NCBI GenBank assembly: GCA_051891435.1
Contig: JBJFFE010000037.1
Span: forward strand, 1-48,565
Direction: 5' to 3'
Length of the DNA: 48,565 nucleotides
From: Clostridia bacterium
GTDB lineage: Bacteria; Bacillota; Clostridia; TANB77; CAG-508
Shown here: piece by piece, positions 11,353 to 22,091 of the stretch
How positions within the stretch are numbered: the stretch's first letter is position 1
How the letters are laid out: each line of letters starts with the position of its first letter
Position numbers and translations under genes: made by a program
The notes under the pieces: model-generated
What the model saw: the letters and a program-made list of their open reading frames with translations, nothing else
Told to the model about the DNA's origin: nothing
Databases searched by the model: none

Positions 11353-14188
11353 TTATGCTTCTACTATAACAGTTCTAGTTACAGATGCTTCTTTTCCACT
11401 AGAATTTTTCACTGTATATGTTATTTTGTATTCTCCAGCAGTAGTTGTATCTACTGTACCAGTTGTTACAATTTTATTTGTCAAACTTCCATCTATACTA
11501 TCTGTTGCAGTTGCACCCGGGTCTGAAAATGCTTCTCCTACTTTAATTTTTATTTCTTTATCTCCATTTAATGTGATTTGTGGCGTACTTGTGTCATCTG
11601 ATCCATTTCCTTTTACAATTACAGTTCTAGTTACAGTTGCTACATTTCCTGCTGCATCTTTAACAGTATAAGTAATTTTATATGTTCCTGCTTTTTTAGT
11701 ATCCACATTACCAGAAATTTCTATTTTGCTTGTTAAATCTCCATCTCTGTCATCTGTTGCAGTCGCTCCGCTCTTCTGTATAAGTATCATTTATTTTTAA
11801 AGTTATATTTTCATCTCCATTTAATTTTATTACAGGTTTTGTTGTATCTGGAGAAGCTGTATGAACTGTACATACATCTTTTATTACTAATGTATATTCA
11901 GCATCTTTTGCTTTTTGCCATGCAGTATCTGTTTCTGCATTTGGTCTAGTAATAAATATTTTTGTTTCTTTATTTGGGCAAAATTCATTTGCAATTAGTC
12001 CTGTATCCTTACATATATCTACGCTTACATGACAAGTGCATTGTTCTGTAGGAACTGTTCCTTTAACAAAATATTCTGTATATGTCCAATCCCCTCTTGG
12101 ATCTTGCTTACAAAATTCAGTTGCAAGCATTCCTGAGCTTTTACATACAGTTGCTGTTACTACTCCATCTGGTCTTGTGCTTGAGAAATATTTAGATGCA
12201 AGACCTTCGTGTGCTGGTTTCATTACTCTTGACCATAATAATCCTGCTGGGTTTGTTCCACTCCATTTTACTTCAACATTATAATCATATCCAAACCATG
12301 TTGCTGCAGAATAATATGGTGTAAATCCACAAAGCCATCTATCATAATTATCATCAGTTGTACCTGTTTTAGCAGCGACACTCATTCCAGAAATTGCACA
12401 ATATGTTGCTGTTCCAGATTTTACTGGTTGTGTTAAAACTTCTTTTACCACATATGCTGCAGATTTTGACATGACTGTTCTCATATCTTGTTTAGTTTCC
12501 AAAACCACATTTCCATCTTTATCTGTTACTTTTGTAAAGAAAGTTGGTTCAATATACACACCATCATTTGCAATAGTTGCATATGCAGCTGCCATTTCTA
12601 ATGTTGTTACACCATTTGTCAAACCTCCTAGTGCTAATCCGTAGTAATTATCTTTTTCTTCATCCAAAGTTGTTATTCCCATATTCTTTAAAAATTCAAT
12701 AGAATTTTGTGGTCCTATTCTCAATATAGCTTCTGCCATTGGAATATTTTGAGATGTTTCTATTGCATATCTTGTAGTACATAGTCCTCTATATCCTGTT
12801 GAATTTTTAACGAACTTGTTTCCTATAGTTTTTGGCACATCATCAAATGATGTTGCTGCTGTTATTATTCCTTTTTCTATACCAGGAGCCACAACAGCCA
12901 ATGGTTTCATAGAAGAACCTGTTTGTCTTGGGCTCTGAGTTGCACGGTTTAATCCAAATGATGTTTTTTGTCCTAGCCCTCCAACTGTTGCAATAACATA
13001 TCCTGTTTTATGGTCTATAATTGTCATTGCTGCTTGAGATTCATAAGTTACTCCATCTACTGTAGCTGTAATTTTATATTTATCTTGAGCGAATTCATTT
13101 TCCATGATGTTTTGAATTGCAGTATTTTGAGTAGAATAAATTGTTATACCACTGCTTGTAACATATAGTTTTGCATATTCATATGTCCAATCATTTTTTT
13201 CCATTAATTCCTTAATTACTTCATTTACTGTTGCATCTGTATGATAAGAATATACATTTTCTATAATTTTACCTTCTTCAAATTTTAATCCAGCATCTAC
13301 TTCAGCAATTGCTGCATCATATTCCTCTTGACTTATATACTTACCAGGATTTTCTTTTTCAAGTTCTAACATTTTTGCCAAAACAGTTTTTGTTCTTCTT
13401 TTAATTAAATCCATCTTTTCTGTTTTTTCTTCTTCTGTTTCATCTTCAAATGGGTTATATGAGTTTGGTGAATTATTTATACCTGCTAAAAATGCACTTT
13501 CTGCTAAACTTAAATCACTAGCACTTTTGCTAAAGTAATAATTAGATGCAACCTCAACCCCATACGCTCTATCTCCTAAGAAGATTAAATTTAAATATAG
13601 TTCTAATATCTGGTCTTTAGATAGTTCTTGTTCTATATAATATGCTCTAGCCATTTCTTTTGCTTTTCTTTCCCAGCTTCTATCCTTCTCTTCTGTTAGG
13701 TTTTTTATCATTTGTTGTGTTATAGTACTACCACCATAGCTTGCTGATCCAATTCCAATTTTACTTAGAACCCATTTACCTGTTGCTGCAACTGTTCTTT
13801 TTATATCAACACCACTATGCTCATAAAATCTTTCATCTTCTATTGCAACAAAAGCCTTAGGTAAATATGGAGACATTTCTGATATTTTTATGCTATCTCT
13901 ATTTTCTTCTCCACTAAGAGTTGCTATTACTTCTCCATTTATATCTTTAACTACAGAATTCTCGTGTTTTATTGCGACCTCTGCCATATCTAATTTTGCT
14001 TCTTTACACATTGTATATATTTTTCCTATTACAATTCCTGCTAATATTAAAACAATAATTGCTATTACAAAAAGTATTTTTTTTGCTATTTTCCAAAATT
14101 TAGATTTCTTTTTGTTTTCTTTTTTAGCTCTTTTGCTTTCCTTTTTATTATTTGTTTTATATCTTTTAGTTTTTTTCTTTTCTTCCAT
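11353..14188 (-). CDS. Class A penicillin-binding protein (PBP1A family) with two C-terminal DUF5011-type Ig-like domains, ~944 aa, +1 site at CGG 11770-11768
   Basis: EDERFYEH, GGSTITQQ, SSMK, SQN, KTG; recoding joins YTEE-G-ATATDDRDGDLT, matching the second repeat FSDPGATATDSIDGSLT. Confidence 0.9.
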
Positions 14189-14242
14189 GGCTTTACCCCC
14201 CATTTATTTACCTTTTTATTATATTATATTAATGTATAAAAT

Positions 14243-15102
14243 TCAAGAAAAATCTTGCAATATATCTTGTATATTTGTTACAATTTTAGCCCCTTCTTTT
14301 AGTAAACTATTGCTCCCGCTTTGCAGTAGTATTGGTTATATTTCCGTGGCACTACATAGACCTCTTTCCCCTGCTCCAAAGCATAATCTACTGTTATTAA
14401 AGCTCCGCTTTTTTCCCTTGCCTCAATTACAAGTATCCCATCAGAAATAGCACTTATTATTCTATTTCTTCTTGGGAAATTATTTTTATTTGGTTTAGTT
14501 CCCAAAGGATATTCTGAAATAATTAAACCATTTTTATCTATTATTTCATGCATTAATTGAATGTTCTCTTTAGGATACACTAAATCAATACCAGTTCCGA
14601 TTACTGCTATTGTTTTTCCTTCTGCCAATAATGCTCCCTCATGCGCAAATGTGTCTATCCCTAAGGCTAATCCACTAATTATTGTTATATTATTTTTTGC
14701 TAATAAATAAGAAAAGGCTTGTGACATTGTTTTTCCATATTCCGTACAAGTTCTACTTCCAACCACTGCAATACTTTTTTCTTTTAATAAGCTTTTATTC
14801 CCTAATATATATAATGCAATAGGTGCATTTTCTATGTATTTTAATTTGTCTGGGTATTCTTTATCACATATAGTAATTAGTTCTATTTTATGTTCTTTCA
14901 TATATTGTTCATATAGATTTAAATCTTTTTTGTTTTTTGAATTTAATATTTGGTTTATTTCTTCTTTTGTAAAATTTTTCTTTAGTTCTTTTTCTTCCAT
15001 ACTCCACAATTTTTCTGGAGTATATTTTTTTAAGGTTTTTCTTAATTTTTCAGGGCTTAAACTTAGCTTTGTAAGCCATATCCAATATTTGATATTTTGC
15101 AT
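14243..15102 (-). CDS. dprA: DNA-processing protein DprA, ~285 aa, two +1 sites (CGG 14346-14344 and 14318-14316)
   Basis: VVGSR, ISGLALGID, FPRRNRIIS, SGALIT; double recoding gives VP-G-NITNTTAK-G-SNSLLKEGAKIVTNIQDIL. Confidence 0.9.
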
Positions 15103-15200
15103 ATTTTTTTCCTTTCTGCCCCCAAAATATTAATTATAATTCTACCTATATTCCGCCTATATTTCGCCCAAATCTGAAAATCATACAAAAGGTAGGCTGA

Positions 15201-16043
15201 CTAACAATTTTTTGCAGCCTTAATAATATTATTCATTAGCATTGCTATTGTCATCGGTCCTACTCCTCCTGGTACCGGCGTAATATATGATGCTTTTTGA
15301 GATACAGTTTCAAAATCTACATCTCCACACACTTTTCCTTCTTCATTTCTATTTATTCCAACATCTACTACAACTGCTCCTTCTTTAACCATATCCCCAG
15401 TTATAAATTTTGATTTTCCTATTGCACACACTAAAATATCTGCTTGTTTTGTTAGTTCCGTAAGGTTTTTAGTTCTTGAATGGCATACTGTAACAGTAGC
15501 ATTTTTGTTTAATAAGCATTGTAGCATTGGTTTTCCTACAATATTGCTTCTTCCTATTATAACTGCATGTTTTCCTTCTATTTCAATATTGTACTCACTT
15601 AACATTCTCATTATTCCAAAAGGTGTACAAGAAACAAAACAATCTTGATTTAAACTTAATTTTCCTACATTTATAGGGTTAAATCCATCTACATCTTTTT
15701 CAGGTTTAATTGTTCTAAATGCTAAATTAATATCTAAATGTTTTGGTATTGGACTTTGAAGTAAAATCCCATGAACATCATCTCTATTATTTAGCTCATT
15801 AATTAAGTCTAATAATACCTGCATTTCTATATTTGCATCTAGCAAATGTTCTTCATATTCAATTCCAACCTCTTCACAAGCTTTACTTTTATTTCTTACA
15901 TAAATTTTAGAGCTTGGGTCATCTCCTACCATAATTACTGCAAGTTTTGGAAAAATATTTTTGTCCTTTAATTCATCTACTTTCACTTTTAACTCTTCTC
16001 TAGTTTTTTTAGCTAAAGCTTTACCATCTAAAATAATTGCCAT
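15201..16043 (-). CDS. folD: Methylenetetrahydrofolate dehydrogenase/cyclohydrolase
   Basis: YVRNK, KDVDG, GRSNIVGKP, TPVPGGVGPMT. Confidence 0.95.
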   Translation of the reverse strand: MAIILDGKALAKKTREELKVKVDELKDKNIFPKLAVIMVGDDPSSKIYVRNKSKACEEVGIEYEEHLLDANIEMQVLLDLINELNNRDDVHGILLQSPIPKHLDINLAFRTIKPEKDVDGFNPINVGKLSLNQDCFVSCTPFGIMRMLSEYNIEIEGKHAVIIGRSNIVGKPMLQCLLNKNATVTVCHSRTKNLTELTKQADILVCAIGKSKFITGDMVKEGAVVVDVGINRNEEGKVCGDVDFETVSQKASYITPVPGGVGPMTIAMLMNNIIKAAKNC

Positions 16044-16195
16044 TTAATAAATCACTTCTCTTTTTTTACGGTAATTATATCACATATATAATAATTTGCA
16101 ATTGTTTTTTAGGCATAAAAATAAAATGCACTGCCCCCACAGTACAAAATAATAGAGTGCCATTAAATTAATTGCGAAATTTTGTTCTTTTAATA

Positions 16196-16224
16196 TTGAT
16201 TTTTATAAATTCCTATGTTATACT
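16196..16224 (+). promoter_or_regulatory. SigA-type promoter of the small toxin-like gene
   Basis: TTGATT-17 bp-TATACT with extended -10 TG. Confidence 0.6.
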
Positions 16225-16307
16225 GTCCAACATAGGAAATGAGGATAAGCAGATGTGGTTTGCCACTTTTTATCCACAACTTATGTTGTGAGTGAGGAGG
16301 TGGTGCT

Positions 16308-16418
16308 ATGATAGAAGCTGTTTTATTAGAAATAATATATCTACTTTTATTTGGCTTAGTTGTCGAAACTATTATAGTATTTGCCTTAGTTATACTGGTT
16401 ATAATTTTAAGCAAATAG
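16308..16418 (+). CDS. 36-aa hydrophobic peptide, putative type I toxin
   Basis: GAGGAGGTG RBS; MIEAVLLEIIYLLLFGLVVETIIVFALVILVIILSK*; too short for the ORF track. Confidence 0.65.
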   Translation: MIEAVLLEIIYLLLFGLVVETIIVFALVILVIILSK

Positions 16419-16423
16419 ACAAT

Positions 16424-16510
16424 AAAAAAACACATCTGTAACTTGCCCAGTTCGGTGTGTTTTTTTACATATCAATTGGCAAACCACGTTTGTGGTTCTT
16501 CATTTCCTAT
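16424..16510 (-). ncRNA. Putative convergent antisense (antitoxin) RNA
   Basis: Consensus TTGACA-17-TATAAT on minus (16543-16515) and a hairpin flanked by A and T runs at 16424-16467. Confidence 0.55.
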
Positions 16511-16576
16511 ATTTATTATACAAAGTTTTTAATTTTTTGTCAATTACTATCTTGTTTTTTATATGTAGAACACATT

Positions 16577-16652
16577 TGGAGCTTCCTGTCAGATTTGAAC
16601 TGACGACCTATTGATTACTAATCAATTGCTCTACCAGCTGAGCTAAGGAAGC
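16577..16652 (-). tRNA. tRNA-Thr, anticodon AGT
   Basis: 76-nt cloverleaf GCTTCCT...AGGAAGC-T-CCA; D arm GCTC/GAGC; anticodon arm ATTGA-TTAGTAA-TCAAT; T loop TTCAAAT. Confidence 0.92.
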
Positions 16653-16667
16653 ATATTTCATTTTTTA

Positions 16668-16693
16668 GGGCAAGGGCTTAAGCCTTGCCCCTA
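16668..16693. repeat. REP-like palindrome
   Basis: GGGCAAGGGCTTAAGCCTTGCCC; near-identical copy at 32936-32958. Confidence 0.7.
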
Positions 16694-16723
16694 TAAATTT
16701 TACAGTTAAATTACAAAATATTT

Positions 16724-17362
16724 TTATTCTTCTGTCATTATATTTTTACTAGCTTTTTTTCTTATTCTTTGTATCGCATTATCTACTGACTTTACTGGTG
16801 CCTCTAATTTTTCTGCTATACTTATATAACTTTCTCCTCTAGCATATCTTGTTAAAACTTGTTTTTCAAAGTCACTTAATGTTTGATCTATTTTTGTTTC
16901 TATGTTTTTGTAATATTCTTTTTTGGTTATTGTGTCTAGCGGATCTTCTAATACTTGTAGTTCTAATTTTTCTAATAATTCCATATCGTTATCATCATCA
17001 TATGCATTTGCATTTAACGATATTGATGAATTTAGTGGCATATGTTTTTGCCTATTAGACGTTTTTATCGCAGTAATTAATTGTCTTTCTATACACATAT
17101 TAGCAAAAGATTTAAAAGAACTTTCTTTTTGTGGATTAAAGCTTTTTACAGCTTTATAAAGTCCAATCATTCCTTCTTGCACAATATCTTCTCTTTCAGC
17201 ACCGATTATGAAATATTTGCTAACTTTCATATCTACTAAATCTTTATATCGTTTTAGCAAATATTCTAGAGCATCTTTATCCCCATTTTTTGCCATTTCT
17301 GCCAATTCTTCATCTGTTTTATTTAAGCTGTCTTTTAATGAGAATGCTGTTTGTAAAACCAT
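16724..17362 (-). CDS. sigH: RNA polymerase sporulation sigma factor SigH
   Basis: EDIVQEGMIGLYKA, RQLITAIKTSNRQKH, KSVDNAIQRI. Confidence 0.93.
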   Translation of the reverse strand: MVLQTAFSLKDSLNKTDEELAEMAKNGDKDALEYLLKRYKDLVDMKVSKYFIIGAEREDIVQEGMIGLYKAVKSFNPQKESSFKSFANMCIERQLITAIKTSNRQKHMPLNSSISLNANAYDDDNDMELLEKLELQVLEDPLDTITKKEYYKNIETKIDQTLSDFEKQVLTRYARGESYISIAEKLEAPVKSVDNAIQRIRKKASKNIMTEE

Positions 17363-17436
17363 ATTCCTTCTTTTGCCTCCGCTTTTTGTTTTTTCTTATT
17401 ATATTAGTAAAATCCTTTAGTGTCAAGAGTTTTATT

Positions 17437-17874
17437 TTATTTTTCTAAGATTATTGTCACTGGTCCATCATTTAACAAACTTACCTTCATATCTGCACCA
17501 AACTCTCCATGTTCAACTTTTCTTACTTTGTCTTTACATTTTTCTATAAAATACTCATATAATTCATTTGCTTTTTCTGGTTTTGCCACATCTGTAAAGC
17601 TTGGTCTATTTCCCTTTCTACAATCTGCATATAATGTAAATTGAGACACTATTAGTAATTCTCCATCTATATCTTTTATTGATAAATTCATTTTTTGATT
17701 CTCATCTTCAAATACCCTTAAATTACATAATTTTTCTACTAGGAAGTCAGCTGTTTGTCGATTATCTTCTGGTCCTACCCCAAGTAGAACTAAAAAACCT
17801 TTTTTTATTTGACCGATTATTTTACTATTTACTTCAACTTTAGCATTACTTACTCTTTGTATAACTAATTTCAT
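17437..17874 (-). CDS. dtd: D-aminoacyl-tRNA deacylase
   Basis: VIQRV, SQFTL, GNRPSF, NDGPVT. Confidence 0.95.
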   Translation of the reverse strand: MKLVIQRVSNAKVEVNSKIIGQIKKGFLVLLGVGPEDNRQTADFLVEKLCNLRVFEDENQKMNLSIKDIDGELLIVSQFTLYADCRKGNRPSFTDVAKPEKANELYEYFIEKCKDKVRKVEHGEFGADMKVSLLNDGPVTIILEK

Positions 17875-17883
17875 TATTTCCTC

Positions 17884-18123
17884 CTAAACATTCACCTTAT
17901 ATTCTATGTCCTCCATAAATGGAAATAGCTCCATTACCTTTTTTAGTGTTATTATTTGTGTTTTTGGATGAGGATTTTTTTCTTTTACTGTTATTAGTTC
18001 ATTTGAATAACAGTTTTTTTGTAATTTGGTTAAAATATATCTTCTTTCCATATATGTGTAATATATTTGGTATCCTTCATCTAGTTCTTTCCATAAACGT
18101 TCTATTGTGTAGTCTTTGTCCAT
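17884..18123 (-). CDS. Hypothetical protein, 79 aa
   Basis: AGGAG RBS; fills the gap between ligA and dtd on the same strand. Confidence 0.7.
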   Translation of the reverse strand: MDKDYTIERLWKELDEGYQIYYTYMERRYILTKLQKNCYSNELITVKEKNPHPKTQIITLKKVMELFPFMEDIEYKVNV

Positions 18124-18136
18124 AAATTTTCTCCTA

Positions 18137-20156
<2,020 letters not shown>

Positions 20157-20255
20157 TTATATATTTTTTGATTTAGTTATGCAATATCAAATGGTTAAAT
20201 TTTCTTGACTTTTCTTTTTATATTTTATATTATAAGAACAGTAAGAGGTGTTTTT

Positions 20256-20513
20256 ATGCAAGAGGATATGCTTATTCCTAAAGAGGATAAATTAGAAATA
20301 AATTTACACAATATGCAAGTTCTTGAAGCTGAATATTATTTAGATAAGTTTATTACTACTGCTCCAGCTAATATTAAAGAAATTATTGTAATTCATGGAT
20401 ATAAAAAAGGTCAAGCTTTACTTAATATGGTACGACACGATTTTAAACATAAACGTATAAAAGAAAAAGTAATTCCTTTTAATAAGGGAATTACAATATT
20501 TTTCTTGAAATAA
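20256..20513 (+). CDS. Stand-alone Smr-domain protein, copy 1
   Basis: INLHNM..EA, VIHGY..G..L, NKGIT motifs; GAGGTG RBS. Confidence 0.8.
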   Translation: MQEDMLIPKEDKLEINLHNMQVLEAEYYLDKFITTAPANIKEIIVIHGYKKGQALLNMVRHDFKHKRIKEKVIPFNKGITIFFLK

Positions 20514-20519
20514 GACTTT

Positions 20520-20545
20520 AAAGAGCTATGTTTCCATAGCTCTTT
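20520..20545. terminator. Hairpin between convergent units, probably a bidirectional terminator
   Basis: AAAGAGCTATG-TTTC-CATAGCTCTTT; same hairpin at 21492-21523. Confidence 0.7.
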
Positions 20546-20552
20546 TCATTTC

Positions 20553-20652
20553 TGGATATATGGTAAGCATGCCATAAACTTACATCTCTCGGGTTGCCCC
20601 TGTTTGCCATCGGCGTGTGGTCGGCACAATATTTTACCACCACATATATCCA
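20553..20652 (-). ncRNA. Putative structured RNA downstream of PBECR2-like gene 1
   Basis: Closing stem TGGATATATG/CATATATCCA with four internal hairpins; promoter TTTACA-17-TATAAT at 20697-20669. Confidence 0.65.
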
Positions 20653-20664
20653 TTTTTATTGTAT

Positions 20665-21057
20665 TTAAATTATAGCATTTTTATTCACTTTTGTAAAGTA
20701 ATTTATTATTTCTAATTGTGCTTTTATATTTCTGTCTCTTATATGCCAAAATGTTAAAATTGAATTACATTTATTAACTTCTTGAATAACAGTTTGCAGT
20801 TTTATTACTACTTGAACCTTTTCCCTATTATTAATTGCTTTTAATAATAAAATTGTATCATCATTATTTACATCTTCTAGTATATAGTCTGGTCTCTCTA
20901 TAATATTTGGAATATATGTTATATACTTTTCATAATCCTCAGGATGTCTTTTTCGAATATGCTCTTTCCTCTCATCCGTCAATATAACCTCATCAGTAAT
21001 GATTTTTTCTTTATATTTTTCTAATTTTTTTATATCTATTTTTCCAATATATTGCAA
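20665..21057 (-). CDS. PBECR2-like (Barnase/EndoU/colicin/RelE fold) nuclease, copy 1, probable 1-nt deletion near the 3' end
   Basis: VILTDERKEHI..RH, PDYILED, NSILTFW pattern; TTG start with GAGG RBS; family assigned from motif recall. Confidence 0.65.
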   Translation of the reverse strand: MQYIGKIDIKKLEKYKEKIITDEVILTDERKEHIRKRHPEDYEKYITYIPNIIERPDYILEDVNNDDTILLLKAINNREKVQVVIKLQTVIQEVNKCNSILTFWHIRDRNIKAQLEIINYFTKVNKNAII

Positions 21058-21230
21058 CAGACAAACCTCTTTTTTTGTTTTTTATATAATAACACGTTAT
21101 TGTCTTTTTTGCAATATTTTCTCATCTACATTATTCGACAAATAAATACCTAGCATCAAATACAAAACACATTTTTTCTTGACTTTTTTTATTATATTTT
21201 ATATGATAAGAACCATAAGAGGTGTTTAAT

Positions 21231-21488
21231 GTGCAAGAGGATATGTTTATACCACAAGAAGATAAATTAGAAATTAATTTACACAATATGCAAGTTCTTG
21301 AGGCTGAATATTATTTAGATAAGTTTATTACTACTGCCCCAGCTAATATTAAAGAGATTGTTGTAATTCATGGGTATAAAAAAGGTCAAGCTTTACTTAA
21401 TATGGTACGACATAATTTTAAACATAAACGTATAAAAGAAAAAGTAATTCCTTTTAATAAGGGAATTACAATATTTTTCTTAAAATAA
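21231..21488 (+). CDS. Stand-alone Smr-domain protein, copy 2
   Basis: Near-identical to 20256-20513; GTG start after GAGGTG. Confidence 0.8.
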   Translation: MQEDMFIPQEDKLEINLHNMQVLEAEYYLDKFITTAPANIKEIVVIHGYKKGQALLNMVRHNFKHKRIKEKVIPFNKGITIFFLK

Positions 21489-21491
21489 AAC

Positions 21492-21523
21492 TTTAAAGAG
21501 CTATGTTTCCATAGCTCTTTAAA
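21492..21523. terminator. Hairpin, probably a bidirectional terminator (copy 2)
   Basis: TTTAAAGAGCTATG-TTTC-CATAGCTCTTTAAA. Confidence 0.7.
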
Positions 21524-21530
21524 AACGAAT

Positions 21531-21613
21531 GTTATTTGGCAGGTGTGCCCTTTCCTGCATTTCTTTTGACCTATTATTAGGTGTGTAGCAGCACAATCTC
21601 TACTTCAAACAAC
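21531..21613 (-). ncRNA. Putative structured RNA downstream of PBECR2-like gene 2
   Basis: Closing stem GTTGTTTG/CAAATAAC with three hairpins matching copy 1; promoter TTTACA-17-TATAAT at 21660-21632. Confidence 0.65.
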
Positions 21614-21643
21614 TATTTATATTGTATTTAAATTATAACATTT

Positions 21644-22018
21644 TTATTCTCTTTTGTAAATAATTTTATTTCTTTTTCTCAATTTCTCTAAATTACTATT
21701 TCTTATTATCCAAGCTGTCATTATTGAATTTTGAGGATGCTTTATACTATTAACAGTATTTAGTTTGATTATAACATTTAAATTATTTTTTCCCAGTTTA
21801 CCAATAAAAAATAATGTATCTTTGTTTTTTAAATCTTCTATTACTTCATTTGGTTGTCGTACAGTATTTTCTATGTTATCTATTATTATTCCATAATCAG
21901 CTGTATGATTTTCATATATATGTATTCTTCTTTCTTCTGTTAATATAACTTCATCAGTAATAATTTTTTCACTATATTTTCCTAGTTTTTCAATATCTAA
22001 TTTTCCAATATATTGCAA
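21644..22018 (-). CDS. PBECR2-like nuclease, copy 2
   Basis: Paralog of 20665-21057: near-identical N-terminus, diverged body (NSIMTAW). Confidence 0.7.
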   Translation of the reverse strand: MQYIGKLDIEKLGKYSEKIITDEVILTEERRIHIYENHTADYGIIIDNIENTVRQPNEVIEDLKNKDTLFFIGKLGKNNLNVIIKLNTVNSIKHPQNSIMTAWIIRNSNLEKLRKRNKIIYKRE

Positions 22019-22091
22019 CAGACAAACCTCTTTTTTTGTTTTTTATATAATAACACATTATTGTCTTTTTTGCAATATTTTTCCATCTACA

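Noticed and set aside
16270-16278. Perfect DnaA box TTATCCACA
   Set aside because: Isolated, with no cluster or origin-linked genes nearby
16190-16435. 81-aa minus-strand ORF
   Set aside because: Antisense to the better supported plus-strand peptide, which has an RBS and promoter
16577-16652. The tRNA as the frameshift suppressor
   Set aside because: It has a normal 7-nt anticodon loop and reads Thr codons, not CGGN
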